From positions 288,001 to 352,000 of the forward strand of contig CAWJIE010000005.1 in assembly GCA_963842885.1 (NCBI GenBank): a DNA stretch of 64,000 bases, read 5' to 3'. Shown piece after piece: positions 1 to 10,258 of the stretch. Positions within the stretch are counted from its first letter, which is position 1. Each line of letters opens with the position of its first letter. A program made the translations under genes and the position numbers. Source of the stretch: an uncultured Nitrososphaerota archaeon. GTDB taxonomy: Archaea > Thermoproteota > Nitrososphaeria > Conexivisphaerales > DTJL01. Below the pieces are notes generated by a model. That model saw only the letters and a list, made by a program, of their open reading frames with translations. It was not told the DNA's origin and ran no database searches.

Positions 1-204
1 GAACTGGAAGACCGCGCTCAGATTGACAATCGCGACGAGCTCGACGACCATGAAACCCTGTCTATTCTCCTCCACTGCCCCCTAGCAAACTGGATGTTCT
101 AGAAGGGTTCCCGCCTCGCTTGGCGAGCGTGTGCACCGAGATCGGCCTTTCAGCCGTGAAGGAAGGACGGGCCGCCTGGTGAACGCCCAGAATGTAGCCT
201 AGCT

Positions 205-1755
205 TCAGGCGAAAAGGCCGTGATATCTGATGCCGAGGCGAAGCAGAAGGGCAAAGGGACCAGTTCCTCCGAAATATGTTTCAAGGGAGACAAGGTCGTC
301 GCGAGTGAGTGCCTTCGCTAACGCCAAGATTGGGACGAAGAGGAGGAGGTAGGCGCCCCCGCCCAGGAGCGTCAGGAGTATTGGGTGGAGAGGGAGGTAT
401 GAGACGGGGAAGACCGCGACGGCCGCGACTGCGGCAGCGACGTAAATCCCGGCCACCTCGGAGACTCTGGCGTTGGCCCCTAACTCCCCTGAAATCATCA
501 CCCAGGCCACTACAAGGGAAGCTGCTTGCCCAGCCAAGGTCGCCATTAGGATGCCTATGACGCCAAATGGTATCACGAGCGCGATCGAGGAACCCAGCGA
601 AACCACTGCCCCGACGATGCCTACCAAGAGCACCTTCCTAGTTTTGCCCATCCCGCTCAGAAGAGAACCCTGCGCTAAGCTTCCGAAGCCCACCGGGAGA
701 TAGGAGGAGACCCCCAGTAGGAGATAAACTGCCGAGAACGTGTAGGCCCTGCCGTACACGGCCTGCGAAACAGGGACGCAGAGGGCCATGAGCATCATGC
801 TCACGGGCGCCACGAAGAGGCAAGAAAACTTCACAGTCGTCCTGTAGGTGACTGCGAGGAGGTGCCTGTCGCTCGCGAGCCTGCTGAAGAGGGGAAAGAG
901 CGCGGTAGAAATGGGATAAACGAAGAGGCCAACAATCGTGGAGATGTTGGTCGCCGCGCCGTAGCCACCAATGTTGGCATTCGTAGTGAAGTGTGCCAGC
1001 AGAGTCCCTTGGATTGGGCCGAGAAACCCCCCAATCAGGGAGCCGAGGTAGAGTGGTAAGGAATAGCGCAGGGCGAGTTCGATGTCTCGGTAGACCTGGC
1101 CTAGGCCCGACCTACGGTAGAAGGCCGCCACCGCTATCACCGCTACCACCCCCACCACCAAATAGCTCAAACTATATCCTATGATTGCTCCGCTGACCGC
1201 GAAGCCTGCAAGAACCAGGCCTATGGACACCGCAAACTTCAGGGCCGCAAGGAGGACCTGTAGGATTGCGGAGCGATCCATCCTTCCCAGCCCCTGGTAA
1301 CCGGAGGTCACCACGGTGTAGAGTGCCTGGCCGACATAAGCCATGGCGAGCAAAGGGATGAGCGGAGCCAGTTCCGGCCTGTTGAGGAAGTCGGCGATGG
1401 CCAACGAAAGCGGCACGGTTGTCGCGGCGAGGATTACAGCGACGATTCCCTGGAACGCTGTCATAGAGTACACGAAGGAGGCGGCTTCCCCTGCCTTCCC
1501 CTCCCCCAGGTATTTGGCCGGGAACCTCGTGGCTGCCGTTGATATGCCGAGGCCTCCTATCACCATCAGGTAAGACGTAGGGAGGATGGCGATGCTGTAT
1601 AGGCCATAGCCGTCGGGCCCCAGGATCCTGCCGACTAAGATAGACGTGATCGCCATCAGGAAGGTCGAGGTCGTGTTCCCCAGAAAGAGGTGATACATCC
1701 CCCGGGCGACCGTCCCCCCTCCCTTTTCGTCATTCACGACCATCACTAAAACCAC
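205..1755 (-). CDS. Oligosaccharide flippase (Wzx/RfbX, MOP superfamily)
   Basis: 516 aa, about 12-14 hydrophobic helices; N-terminal 'GRILGPDGYGLYS' and mid 'IGGYGAATNIS' motifs typical of polysaccharide-biosynthesis flippases. Confidence 0.85.
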   Translation of the reverse strand: MVLVMVVNDEKGGGTVARGMYHLFLGNTTSTFLMAITSILVGRILGPDGYGLYSIAILPTSYLMVIGGLGISTAATRFPAKYLGEGKAGEAASFVYSMTAFQGIVAVILAATTVPLSLAIADFLNRPELAPLIPLLAMAYVGQALYTVVTSGYQGLGRMDRSAILQVLLAALKFAVSIGLVLAGFAVSGAIIGYSLSYLVVGVVAVIAVAAFYRRSGLGQVYRDIELALRYSLPLYLGSLIGGFLGPIQGTLLAHFTTNANIGGYGAATNISTIVGLFVYPISTALFPLFSRLASDRHLLAVTYRTTVKFSCLFVAPVSMMLMALCVPVSQAVYGRAYTFSAVYLLLGVSSYLPVGFGSLAQGSLLSGMGKTRKVLLVGIVGAVVSLGSSIALVIPFGVIGILMATLAGQAASLVVAWVMISGELGANARVSEVAGIYVAAAVAAVAVFPVSYLPLHPILLTLLGGGAYLLLFVPILALAKALTRDDLVSLETYFGGTGPFALLLRLGIRYHGLFA

Positions 1756-1972
1756 GTTCGTACTTAAGCCGATTGCAAGCGGAAAGAGTCGGGGCTTCCT
1801 TCACATCTCCCCGTCTGAATTGACCAATTTCAACTACTCTTCTTGCCAGTCCCTCCTTTGACTCCAAACCCTTGATGCTCCGGAGCGTCCCGCCGGGCCG
1901 GATGTCTTGATTCTGAACAAGATAGGCCTCTTGAAAGCGACAGATCTGGGGGGAAGCACTCCAAAGGGCAGC

Positions 1973-2782
1973 CTATATCAAATCCAAGCCTTTCTTGATT
2001 TTCCTTCTGATAGTATGCGCAGTGCTTTGAGTCGTATAGGGTTTGCGGCAGCTTCGGCAGAGCCCGTCCCCATCCCATGCCAGCCGCGACCTCCGGATTC
2101 TTCGAAAGGTCTCCGATTCCCTCAAGCCGTCGTAGGATGTCTCCATCAGGTTCCCCAGCACATGTCTCAGCCCTATATCCATGTAGCAGAGGACCGTCGT
2201 CCCGTCGGGGAGCATTACGAACTTGGGCCCCGAAAGCGTAGGGCAAAGGAAGGGTCCTCGGAAGTGAAAGGGCGGCGAGTTCTTAGAGTTCCCCGCCCAA
2301 TAATGGTCGGGGAAGTACTTGTTCATTATCGATATGTCAAAGATATGGATCTTCATCAGTGTCAAGGAGAGGACCTCCTTATATTCGTCAGTCATGGGGA
2401 TGTTGGCGATCCCGAAGGGGTCGGGGAGGTGGAGGACGAAGCCGGCAGTGTCGACCCTGGCAAGTCGATCTACATCCGAAGGCTTCAGCCCAACGAGCGT
2501 CGAAATGACGCTCACATCATAGCCGCGGTCATGGGCGAGCTCAATCATGTCCACCGTCTGGGGATTGAGGAAGGGCTCTGAGAAACCGGAGAAGTCTATC
2601 CGCACATCGGTCGGAACATGCGAGAGGGCCTTTTCGAAGTCACCTAGCGAAAGCATGGATGAACCATGATATGCAGAATGGAGAAGCTGCTGAGGGCAAT
2701 AGGGGAAGCAATTCACCGTGCACGATGTGTTGGTCGTTATCAAGAGCCATCGCATGTCGGAAACTCTGGCTATCCTATGCAC
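1973..2782 (-). CDS. Radical SAM protein with C-terminal SPASM/twitch-like Cys domain
   Basis: CTVNCFPYC cluster motif, 'FSGFSEPFLNP', C-terminal 'CP...VMLPDGTTVLCYMD...LGNL...CRSC'. Confidence 0.8.
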   Translation of the reverse strand: MHRIARVSDMRWLLITTNTSCTVNCFPYCPQQLLHSAYHGSSMLSLGDFEKALSHVPTDVRIDFSGFSEPFLNPQTVDMIELAHDRGYDVSVISTLVGLKPSDVDRLARVDTAGFVLHLPDPFGIANIPMTDEYKEVLSLTLMKIHIFDISIMNKYFPDHYWAGNSKNSPPFHFRGPFLCPTLSGPKFVMLPDGTTVLCYMDIGLRHVLGNLMETSYDGLRESETFRRIRRSRLAWDGDGLCRSCRKPYTTQSTAHTIRRKIKKGLDLI

Positions 2783-3008
2783 TTGGCATTATTTGGAGCT
2801 TGCCTTTTGCACTCGGGACGCCACGCTGTGCTTCCTTCCCCGCTCACTTCTCGTTATTTGAATTCCTTCGTCTTGCCGCACTTCCTCGAACTCTGAGGCG
2901 CGCAGCCAACTGCCCTCGGCGTCATCAAGTATCTGCGCGTACCGGCGACAAAGACGTCAAGGCCTACGGTGCCCTGACGTCGGTCATCATAGGGGAAAGC
3001 GAATCCAA

Positions 3009-3170
3009 ATGGCTAAAGATCAGGCTCAGGGCGCAGTCATCCTTGCGGTCAGCCTTATTAGCGTCTTGCTCCAAGTTTACGTGATCTTCTTCTGGGTCGG
3101 CCTCCTGGAGATCGATGACCAGCCCGTGGCCTACCGGATGGTCCCCCAGTACAAGGGAGTCGCCCACTAG
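3009..3170 (+). pseudogene. Truncated paralog of the small membrane protein at 15068
   Basis: Translates MAKDQAQGAVILAVSLISVLLQVYVIFFW..., versus MAKDQSLGALILVVSIIGIILYGYLVFFW; lacks the second helix and the TPPP tail; below the ORF-track cutoff. Confidence 0.65.
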
Positions 3171-3209
3171 GGACGAACGGAGACCACGGGGCGTTCAGGA
3201 ATTGCTTAC

Positions 3210-3279
3210 GGTGATATTTTTAAACTATAAAGCTATTTGATGCTTCTATGGCTGATTCGGTCAGGACAGCCGTTATGAA
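3210..3279 (+). promoter_or_regulatory. Conserved ~70-bp upstream element, copy A (ends in BRE/TATA-like CAGCCGTTATGAA)
   Basis: Aligns with 10043-10111 (GATTCGGTCAgGACAGCCGTTAT vs GATTCGGTCAaGACAGCCGTTAT) and 15547-15616; followed by GTG-CTG-GAG-CTT (LEL ORF remnant). Confidence 0.6.
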
Positions 3280-3382
3280 CAGCTGGTAGAACAAGTGTCT
3301 GGGAGAGGAAGCTGTGCTGGAGCTTGGGCTCGGGGCGAAGGCTCGGTTGCCGACTGACTTTGGCCATCTCATCCAGCATGGC

Positions 3383-3446
3383 TGCCGGGCCTGGTGGGAT
3401 TGGCACCTATATGGGTTCGATAGTGAATTCGTCTCATCAGGATTCC
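3383..3446. repeat. att-like recombination site copy 1 (tRNA 3' end + conserved arm)
   Basis: TGCCGGGCCTGGTGGGATT (17/19 to tRNA end) followed by GGCACCTATATGGGTTCGATAGTGAATTCGTCTCATCAGGATTCC. Confidence 0.75.
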
Positions 3447-3465
3447 GCCCGGTCCAATTGCAGCC

Positions 3466-3642
3466 TTAATGATAACGGGAAAGTCCGGCTAGGTCGGCAT
3501 CTATGTGGTCTGGATCGTTCTTGTCGGGTACTCGATGGTTGCAATTAGTGCAACGCCATATGATCTTACTCTTGTCCACCACGGTTGGAACCAGGTACCC
3601 TTTTCCACACTTGGGACAAGGCGGATAGGCGGAGAAGTTCAT
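3466..3642 (-). CDS. Small Zn-ribbon protein (58 aa)
   Basis: MNFSAYPPCPKCGKGYLVPTVVDKSKIIWRCTNCNHRV...; CPxCG and CxxC pairs; not in the ORF track. Confidence 0.65.
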   Translation of the reverse strand: MNFSAYPPCPKCGKGYLVPTVVDKSKIIWRCTNCNHRVPDKNDPDHIDADLAGLSRYH

Positions 3643-3699
3643 CAATGAACGATCGATAGTAGTACAACTTGCCCGGGATTTAAGGTCACTCCAAACGGG

Positions 3700-3718
3700 G
3701 GTGGGCCGGGGCGGATTC
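3700..3718 (-). repeat. Isolated 3' fragment of a different tRNA (att remnant)
   Basis: Reverse complement GAATCCGCCCCGGCCCACC reads as T-arm 3' half + acceptor 3' strand + discriminator A + CC. Confidence 0.45.
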
Positions 3719-3770
3719 TAAGCCATATCGGTATTGAATAGGCCGTCTCAACAAAACTGGCCCTTCGGTT

Positions 3771-4155
3771 CTATGCTTTGAAACGGGTTTGGAGTGGACC
3801 CTTTGCTTTACCTCGTTTCAGATATGCCTTCATTGTCTCGCTACTTGGCGGCTCTTTCCATCTTCCGAAGTCGGCAAACGCCTTCCTAAGGTAGCTGCGA
3901 AGATAGTCCGGTGTCTGATGGCTGTAACTTCGCATTTGAATCCACTTCTCAACTCTCCCAACGAAGAGGTTGCAATCCTTACAAATTCACCCCCCTGACA
4001 ATTCCCGTCTTGTGGTCGTGGTCAACGACTACATACTCTTCAAACGTCTCTACGCCGCAAAGCTCACACTTCCCTTTGTTACTTTTGTATCGCCTGTGCC
4101 TCCATTCTCGATCTGACTTGACCTGGTCATAAGGAACGGGGGGCAGGTCGTCCAT
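3771..4155 (-). CDS. Recombination endonuclease VII-like HNH nuclease (one frameshift near 3985)
   Basis: CELCG...VVDHDHKTGIVRG then, in the shifted frame, ICKDCNLFVG: the DHDH..G.VRG..C..CN signature. Confidence 0.75.
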
Positions 4156-4415
4156 GACCACCGAAACACCCTTGCAGCTTAGATAACGGTTGCGTCCCGA
4201 CGCCAAACCCTAAATCCCCCACAGTAACTTTGGACGTTCAAGTACTCCAAAAGAGCGATCTATTTCGACTAAGAGATGACCAAGAGACCCACGGAGCACA
4301 CGATAGAGAACGTGCGGAGGTATCATATGCTGAAGAAATATGCGGCGAAACCTCCAGGGCAACAGCATAAGGCGATGTTCACCTTCTTATACTTCAATGA
4401 TATGAAGGCATATCG

Positions 4416-5061
4416 ATGAAAGGCTTCAAGATACGGCTGGGTATTCGGATAAGAATGCCTTTCCTGGTCTTGAGGGTGTCCACTTCAAGCGTCTCATACA
4501 GGCTGGGATTATATCCTAGACTTCGACGCATACAGAAGACGGGACTGCTTCTCAATGAGGGGAGTCTTGGTGTCTTGCTCTATGAGGATTTGGTGGCGAA
4601 TTATCTTCCGCCTTGGAGCCTCGAAGGGAAGACTGTCCTCGACATAGGGGCTGCATGTGGGGATACAACATGGTTCTTCTTTCGAACATGGGGCGAAGAA
4701 GGTCATTGGAGTCGAAAGCAACCGAAAGCAAATCTCTTACCTGAAGGCTAACAAGGAGAGGTTCGGCTGGAATCTGGACATCTACGAGGAGAAGTTTGAC
4801 CCTGAGAAGCACCTCGTACTCGACCATGATTTCATCAAGTGTGACATCGAAGGCTACGAGATGGAGCTTCTTCCCTATGTCAAGACGCTGAAGCCCTGCG
4901 TCGTCGAGGTTCACAACTTGTGGGAAGTGGAGCAGTTCCAGAAGGCCGGCTTTCAGCTTTGTGAAGCCACCTACAGGAGGCCTGGGCGTATGCATCATGG
5001 CGAACTACCCAAGGCAGCTGACCTCTGTAGTCACGTAGCGATAATCAACCTATTCTCTTGA
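4416..5061 (+). CDS. SAM-dependent methyltransferase, FkbM-like (frameshift near 4680)
   Basis: 'VLDIGAACGDT' + 'GAKKVIGVES' + 'FIKCDIEGYE' across two overlapping ORFs. Confidence 0.75.
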
Positions 5062-5405
5062 ACGGAGTGGGGCAATGTCAGACTATACTCGACTTCTTTG
5101 TTGCTTTCCGTTCTTTCCATTTCACATTACGCTTTGTCAGTAAGCCTCTCTGTGTGGTGTAAATAACAGTTGCCAAGCGCCAAACAACTCACTGCACTCC
5201 AGTCTTGTTCTTCTCTTATAAGCGTACCCTTGACCCTTCCAAAGGTGAGCCTGAACGACTCTGTCACCCATGAGAGCGCAATCCGTGTTTGTCTAGCCTA
5301 CGGGTTGGGCAGCTTAAGAACCACCAACGGCTGTGGGCCACCCTTCCGCCCTCGTTCAACTAAGACATTGATTTCGATAGCTCAAAGATGATTAAGCGAG
5401 AATGG

Positions 5406-6573
5406 TTACGCCGAATGCAACCTCACTCGCTTGATGTCTGGCCTGGGCCTGGGCTGGCTCATGGCTTTCGACAGCAGTCCGACTTTCTCCTTGATCTCAT
5501 CAACCTCCTTCCTCAGGGCAAGGTTCTCCTTTTCGAGCTCCTCCAACTTCTGCAAGGATGGCCCTTTAACCTGCTCCAGAATCGTCAGTTCCGGGACCGC
5601 CTTCAGGTAGTCCTGGAGAATCTCTTGAGATGTCGGCCGATAGTAGTCGTCTGCCAGCCCTACGTTGTGCCCCATGAGCATCTCGACATGTAGGGACTTC
5701 ATCTGCCTCTCGCATACGCTCTTGAAGAACTTCCTGAAGCCATGGTCGACCTGGAACTCGTGCCTATGCTTTCCCTGCTCTAGGGCTTTGCGGATGCCGG
5801 TGCCCTTCAAAGCATCCTCCATCATCCTCTTGATCCCCAGGCTCTTCAGGCGCTTGGGGATGTGAGGCTCCCCTTTGGCCAGCTTGTCCGGCTTGAAGAG
5901 ATCCCTGATCACCGGAGAATCGTTGCTGACCTTCTCGCCGCTGCTCTTCCTGAAGGCGATGTATTCGTCAAGAGCTTGATAACACTCTGGAGTTATGAAG
6001 CTGAAATACTCGTCTGAGGTCCCGGCATAGACCTTGACTATCCCAGCCACCAACTGCCCCTTCTGCTTCAACCTTCTCGATGTGACCCCAGTTCAGGTAA
6101 TCGAAGGCACCAACCTGATCCCTGAAGAGAGCATCAGAAGGACCGTCGGCTTGACCCGTCTGTCTGGATACGCGAGGATCCGTTTGACCTCCTCGACAGT
6201 CGGGATCCTGTCCTGGCCGTAGCTCCTCCCATGGGGGATCCTCCTCCATCTTCTTCCAGTTGAGGGCGATGTCGTTCATCTCGCAGAAGAGCTTTATCGG
6301 CTTGAAGTAGTTGGGGACAGTCGCCTCTGGGATCTCCTTCCTCTCTGCCCTCCCCTTCTGGAGCCGCATGTACTCGTTTATGACGAAGGTGGCCCACTGG
6401 CTGTCATCCTTGGCCCTCCTGGCGAAGCTGGAGGCTCTCTCATGGAAGGTGGGGCCTTCTACCTTGATGTGCCTGAGGAAGAGGTCCAGCCTCCTCTCGT
6501 ACTTCTCCTTCGTGACCGGGGACTTGATGGCATCATAGAATTCCGCCAAAGGGCCCGTCTATTCCGGCTCCAC
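5406..6573 (-). CDS. Tyrosine recombinase/integrase (frameshifted; in-frame TAG at 6559-6561 near the 5' end)
   Basis: Catalytic motifs SSGIR, HGFRKFF, LMGH and YYRP; starts directly beside the att copy at 6615. Confidence 0.85.
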
Positions 6574-6614
6574 AACCTTGGTGGCTAAGGAATCGTATCT
6601 GGGAACTCAAAAAG

Positions 6615-6678
6615 TGGCGGGCCCGGTGGGATTAGGACCTGTTTAGGTTCATCGTAGAATCTGTTGCAAGAAGATTCC
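6615..6678. repeat. att-like recombination site copy 2
   Basis: TGGCGGGCCCGGTGGGATT identical to the tRNA 3' end, followed by AGGACCTGTTTAGGTTCATCGTAGAATCTGTTGCAAGAAGATTCC. Confidence 0.9.
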
Positions 6679-6916
6679 ATGTCGCAAAAGACCAAGCCAT
6701 AGACCAATGAATCAAGGATAAGTCAAATCATGAGCTAGCAGGGTCCGAGGGCGAGTTGAGTCAAAGCTTTTGAGTAACTGAAGACTCGATTCTAGGCTGG
6801 TCATCGACGAAGAGGAACTAGAGGGATATGTGGCGGAAGGAATGCGGCAAGTGGAAAGGCTTAGTGGGGAGAGGTAGCGCGGATACACGAAGCACTAGAC
6901 GAAGGAGCAGGTCTCC

Positions 6917-7807
6917 TTGAGGTCGCTCTATGATACTTCTGAATATCAAGCAGTGTACGACGACCTTCACAGGAGTGTCAGCGAATCTGCTGAATATCTT
7001 GAGCCTGGTCCAAGTCGTTACCAAGCGACGAGACGCTTGCACGCCGTCGTTCAGTCGGTACTTCGGACTAATGCCGAGAGGTTATTGGATATAGGATGTG
7101 GAGACGGTATATACGCCATCATATTTGCAAGCCTTCGCCATGATTACGTAGGATGTGACGTGAGTCTCGTCAATCTTCGCAGAGTCTTTGAGTGGTCCGA
7201 GAGAAAGGGCCTTGACCAAAGAATCAATCTGGTGCTCTGCGAGATATCCTACCTGCCGTTCCGGGAAAAGGCCTTTGAGATGACGGTATGCAGCGAAGTA
7301 ATAGAACACTTGTTGAACCTTGGGCCCGCTCTAGAAGCTATGTCCAGGGTCACAGAGAACCTCATCATCAGCACACCATGCATCGGGTTTCCCTTAGTCG
7401 ACTTGGCTCTGACAACAAGGGTCTCGAAGTGGTCAATGAACAAAAGGAGAGTCATCCGGCAGTATGGTACCTACGAAGGATTGATGCGGATATTCAAAGA
7501 GAGCAATGCAACTCACACCAATCTATTCACTTTGACTCTGCTCAAAACGCTTCTTCGCAAAGCCGGTACGGAGGTGACTAAAGTTGAGGGTGCGGCCTTC
7601 CAGTTTCCTTTCATAGACGAAAGTAGAATTTACGATCACCGTAATCAGGAGCGTTTCTTCTCTTGGTTGGAAGAGACGTTCCTCAAGTGGATACCTTTGT
7701 TTGACATCCTTCTGGTGCGCCTCGGTCACCGCACCGTAATCTTAACATGTTCTCAGGCAAGTGCGAGAGAACCAGGCCCGAGTCCAAGCTCGATGAAGAA
7801 AGGGTGA
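6917..7807 (+). CDS. Class I SAM-dependent methyltransferase
   Basis: 'LLDIGCGDG', 'VGCDVS', 'LPF...F...CSEVIEHL'. Confidence 0.85.
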   Translation: MRSLYDTSEYQAVYDDLHRSVSESAEYLEPGPSRYQATRRLHAVVQSVLRTNAERLLDIGCGDGIYAIIFASLRHDYVGCDVSLVNLRRVFEWSERKGLDQRINLVLCEISYLPFREKAFEMTVCSEVIEHLLNLGPALEAMSRVTENLIISTPCIGFPLVDLALTTRVSKWSMNKRRVIRQYGTYEGLMRIFKESNATHTNLFTLTLLKTLLRKAGTEVTKVEGAAFQFPFIDESRIYDHRNQERFFSWLEETFLKWIPLFDILLVRLGHRTVILTCSQASAREPGPSPSSMKKG

Positions 7808-7864
7808 GGTTCTTCGGCCTCCTTACTGGCTCCTGTTACTGAAGGACCGACTTGGGGGCGCACA

Positions 7865-9111
7865 GTGAGTAATCGACATCTTGATAAGCAGAGCAGTCCG
7901 AAGTTAGCTTATTGCGATTGGCGAGCGAGTCAACAGATGAAGGTCCACGCAACAGTAATCTCTGATTCCAGGGAGTTATGTCGGAACGAAGATGAAATCG
8001 ACGCTTTCTTGAAAGAACACAGCCCAAATCCTTTCATGCTGTTCGCCTTCATGGCAAAACTGATGGACCTCAGAGCGAACGTCGATCAGACCCCTGCCGT
8101 CATAGTCGTCAAAGCGGACGACCGCATAATCGGCGTGGCACCGTTGGTCCTCAGACGGGTTAGCGGAATCCGTCATGCCGAATTCCTATGTCCGTACGCG
8201 TGTTCGCCTGATTTCGTGTTAGACCGAAAGTACGAATCGATAGCGCTGGAGACCATAATCGACGTGGTCATCAGGAGGCTCGGCTTAAGGTACCTCCTCT
8301 TGGATTTCGAGGCAGACTCTCCAAGCCTCCCAGCTTTGAAGCATGTATGCGAATCAGAAGGCATCCCCTTCTTTGAACAATCCAGCGAGCACCTGGTTCA
8401 CGGTGTGATTCCGGTGAACAGCTCCTGGGAGGACTACAGAAGAATCCTGTGGCAGCCGTCTTTCAAGAGAACTCAGGAACATCGAGAACAAGTTGAACAG
8501 AGAAGGCAGGTGGGAAGTTGCGCTCGTCGCGGACTATGAGGGGTACAGTGTGGAGGCTCTCTACGACAAGGTAATGGCCATCGAGAAGCAGAGTTGGAAA
8601 GAGGCATACAGACAGTTAACAGGGGAGTTCTGACTACAATGTAGAGTGGTCCCTGATGTCATCATCATCAACCAAAGACAACATCAGATTTCTGAGGCGG
8701 AAGGTCTGGTTCCTTGAGCTCGAGGGCCAGCCCGTAGCCTACTCCATAGTCCTTCAATACAAGGGAGTAGCGTACATCGTGAAGACTGCATTTGTCGAAG
8801 CGTACTCGAGGTTGGGGCCAGGGAGGTACATGATCTATGCTACGGTCAGGGGTTTGTTTGAAGACAAAGAAGTTGAGAAGATAGACTTCCAGACCTATTA
8901 TCCGATTGTCCGGTCCTGGCGAGTCAATTGCGTGAAGAGGGTCAGGATTAGACTGGGCAACAGGGCAATCGTGTATCTCGCGCATGCTAGGGCGTTGCTG
9001 AGAAGGACGATCAACTCCTCAAAGAAGAATGACGGACGTGCCGAGCACTCTGACACGGCACGATCGCAGTTGACCCAAGCAAAGAAAAGGCGCGTCTCGA
9101 GTCCGTCATAG
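7865..9111 (+). CDS. GNAT-family acetyltransferase, CelD/BcsL-like (frameshifted)
   Basis: 'RIIGVAPLV', 'SSWEDY', 'EKQSWK', 'LELEGQPVAY', 'YSRLGPG..MI', 'KIDF' across ORFs 7865-8539 and 8656-9111. Confidence 0.7.
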
Positions 9112-9351
9112 CTCGGTCCCCGCCAGCTACTCAAGCGAGAGCATACCACCACATGGTTCTCCAAGGGCGGTACCTTAGGGCACCATGGGAGAGCCTGCGT
9201 CGAGTCTCACCCGATCCGGTTTGGGTATGTATCTAAGAGCCCGGCTGTCGGCAGTGTCCTACTCCCGGTCTATCGGCAGTTGTAGCGGAGGCAGGATTGA
9301 CTCCTCGGCTATGCTGAAATAGGAGGCGAAGGTGCTTGTTCTAGGGGGTAA

Positions 9352-10032
9352 GTGGGCAAGATGGCCGAGCCGAACAGGCGCTATGACCTTTGCCAGAACC
9401 ACTATTCGGATTTCGTGTGCGCCTCCTCTCCCGCCCTTGAGAACGCTCCTTCTCCTGACTCTCTTCCGTTCACGTCCCTTCGCGGACCGTGGCGGAAGTT
9501 GATGAACACGGTTTGGTATGTGCACAGGTGGGGAATCACCGGGTACATCAAGAGGATGTTTTCCCCCGATTTTCCGAAGAAACGCGCTTCGGCGAGCGTT
9601 GCGGACCTGCCCACGTCAGCTCCCCAGTACGGCGTGCTGAACCTGCAGCCGGGAGACCTTGTAGAAATACGTTCCGAGAAGGAGATATTTTCTACCCTAG
9701 ACCGTAACCAGAAGCTCAATGGCCTGGCCTTCCAGCGTGAGATGAGTCATTTCTGTGGGAAGCGGTACAGGGTCTTCAAGAGACTCACGAAGATAATCGT
9801 CGAGTCTACGGGCGAGAAGCGGAACATAAGGTCGCCGACGGTGCTCCTCGAGGGCGTCATATGTGATGGAACCGAACACGGCGGCTGCGACAGGTCCTGC
9901 TTCCTCTTCTGGAGGGAGGAATGGCTGAGGAGGGTGGCCCCGGACGGCACCTTGTCGGGCATGCAGACTGGGCCAGCGGGACTTGAGCCGCGGCCAGCTA
10001 AGAGGCGCGTGATGACCAATAGCTGGTGCTAG
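9352..10032 (+). CDS. Conserved hypothetical protein (SH3-like N-part, Cys-rich CDG..HGGCDRSC C-part)
   Basis: 'LQPGDLVEIRSEKEIFSTLD...GLAFQREM..FCGKRYRV...CDGTEHGGCDRSCFLFWREEWLRRV' recalls a bacterial family seen near EPS genes. Confidence 0.65.
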   Translation: MGKMAEPNRRYDLCQNHYSDFVCASSPALENAPSPDSLPFTSLRGPWRKLMNTVWYVHRWGITGYIKRMFSPDFPKKRASASVADLPTSAPQYGVLNLQPGDLVEIRSEKEIFSTLDRNQKLNGLAFQREMSHFCGKRYRVFKRLTKIIVESTGEKRNIRSPTVLLEGVICDGTEHGGCDRSCFLFWREEWLRRVAPDGTLSGMQTGPAGLEPRPAKRRVMTNSWC

Positions 10033-10042
10033 GGGTGCAAAT

Positions 10043-10111
10043 GGTGATACTTCTAGACCATAACGCTTGAACATGCGTCCTTTTCGGATTCGGTCAAGAC
10101 AGCCGTTATAA
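10043..10111 (+). promoter_or_regulatory. Conserved ~70-bp upstream element, copy B (TATA-like CCGTTATAA)
   Basis: Aligns with 3210-3279 and 15547-15616. Confidence 0.6.
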
Positions 10112-10147
10112 GCGTCGGAAAGCGAATAGCCTTCCGGAAAGGATGTC

Positions 10148-10258
10148 ATGCTGGAGCTACAGCTCACGATGGAGCATCTGGGCTTTCCCATGAGATTCAG
10201 GCCCTTGATCCGGCGTAGCTGGCGCGCAGGTAGGAGTCCTTCAGGGGGACTGGCTTGA
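10148..10258 (+). CDS. Small ORF (36 aa) translationally coupled to the 72-aa gene
   Basis: MLELQLTMEHLGFPMRFRPLIRRSW...; its stop overlaps the next start (TTGA); similar to 15653-15817. Confidence 0.5.
   Translation: MLELQLTMEHLGFPMRFRPLIRRSWRAGRSPSGGLA

Noticed and set aside
1-85. Possible gene start on the minus strand (MVVELVAIVNLSAVFQF...)
   Set aside because: Too short at the window edge to identify.
6633-6645. TAGGACCTGTTT as an IS5-type terminal inverted repeat
   Set aside because: No partner repeat or transposase; the sequence is explained as part of the conserved 64-bp att arm.
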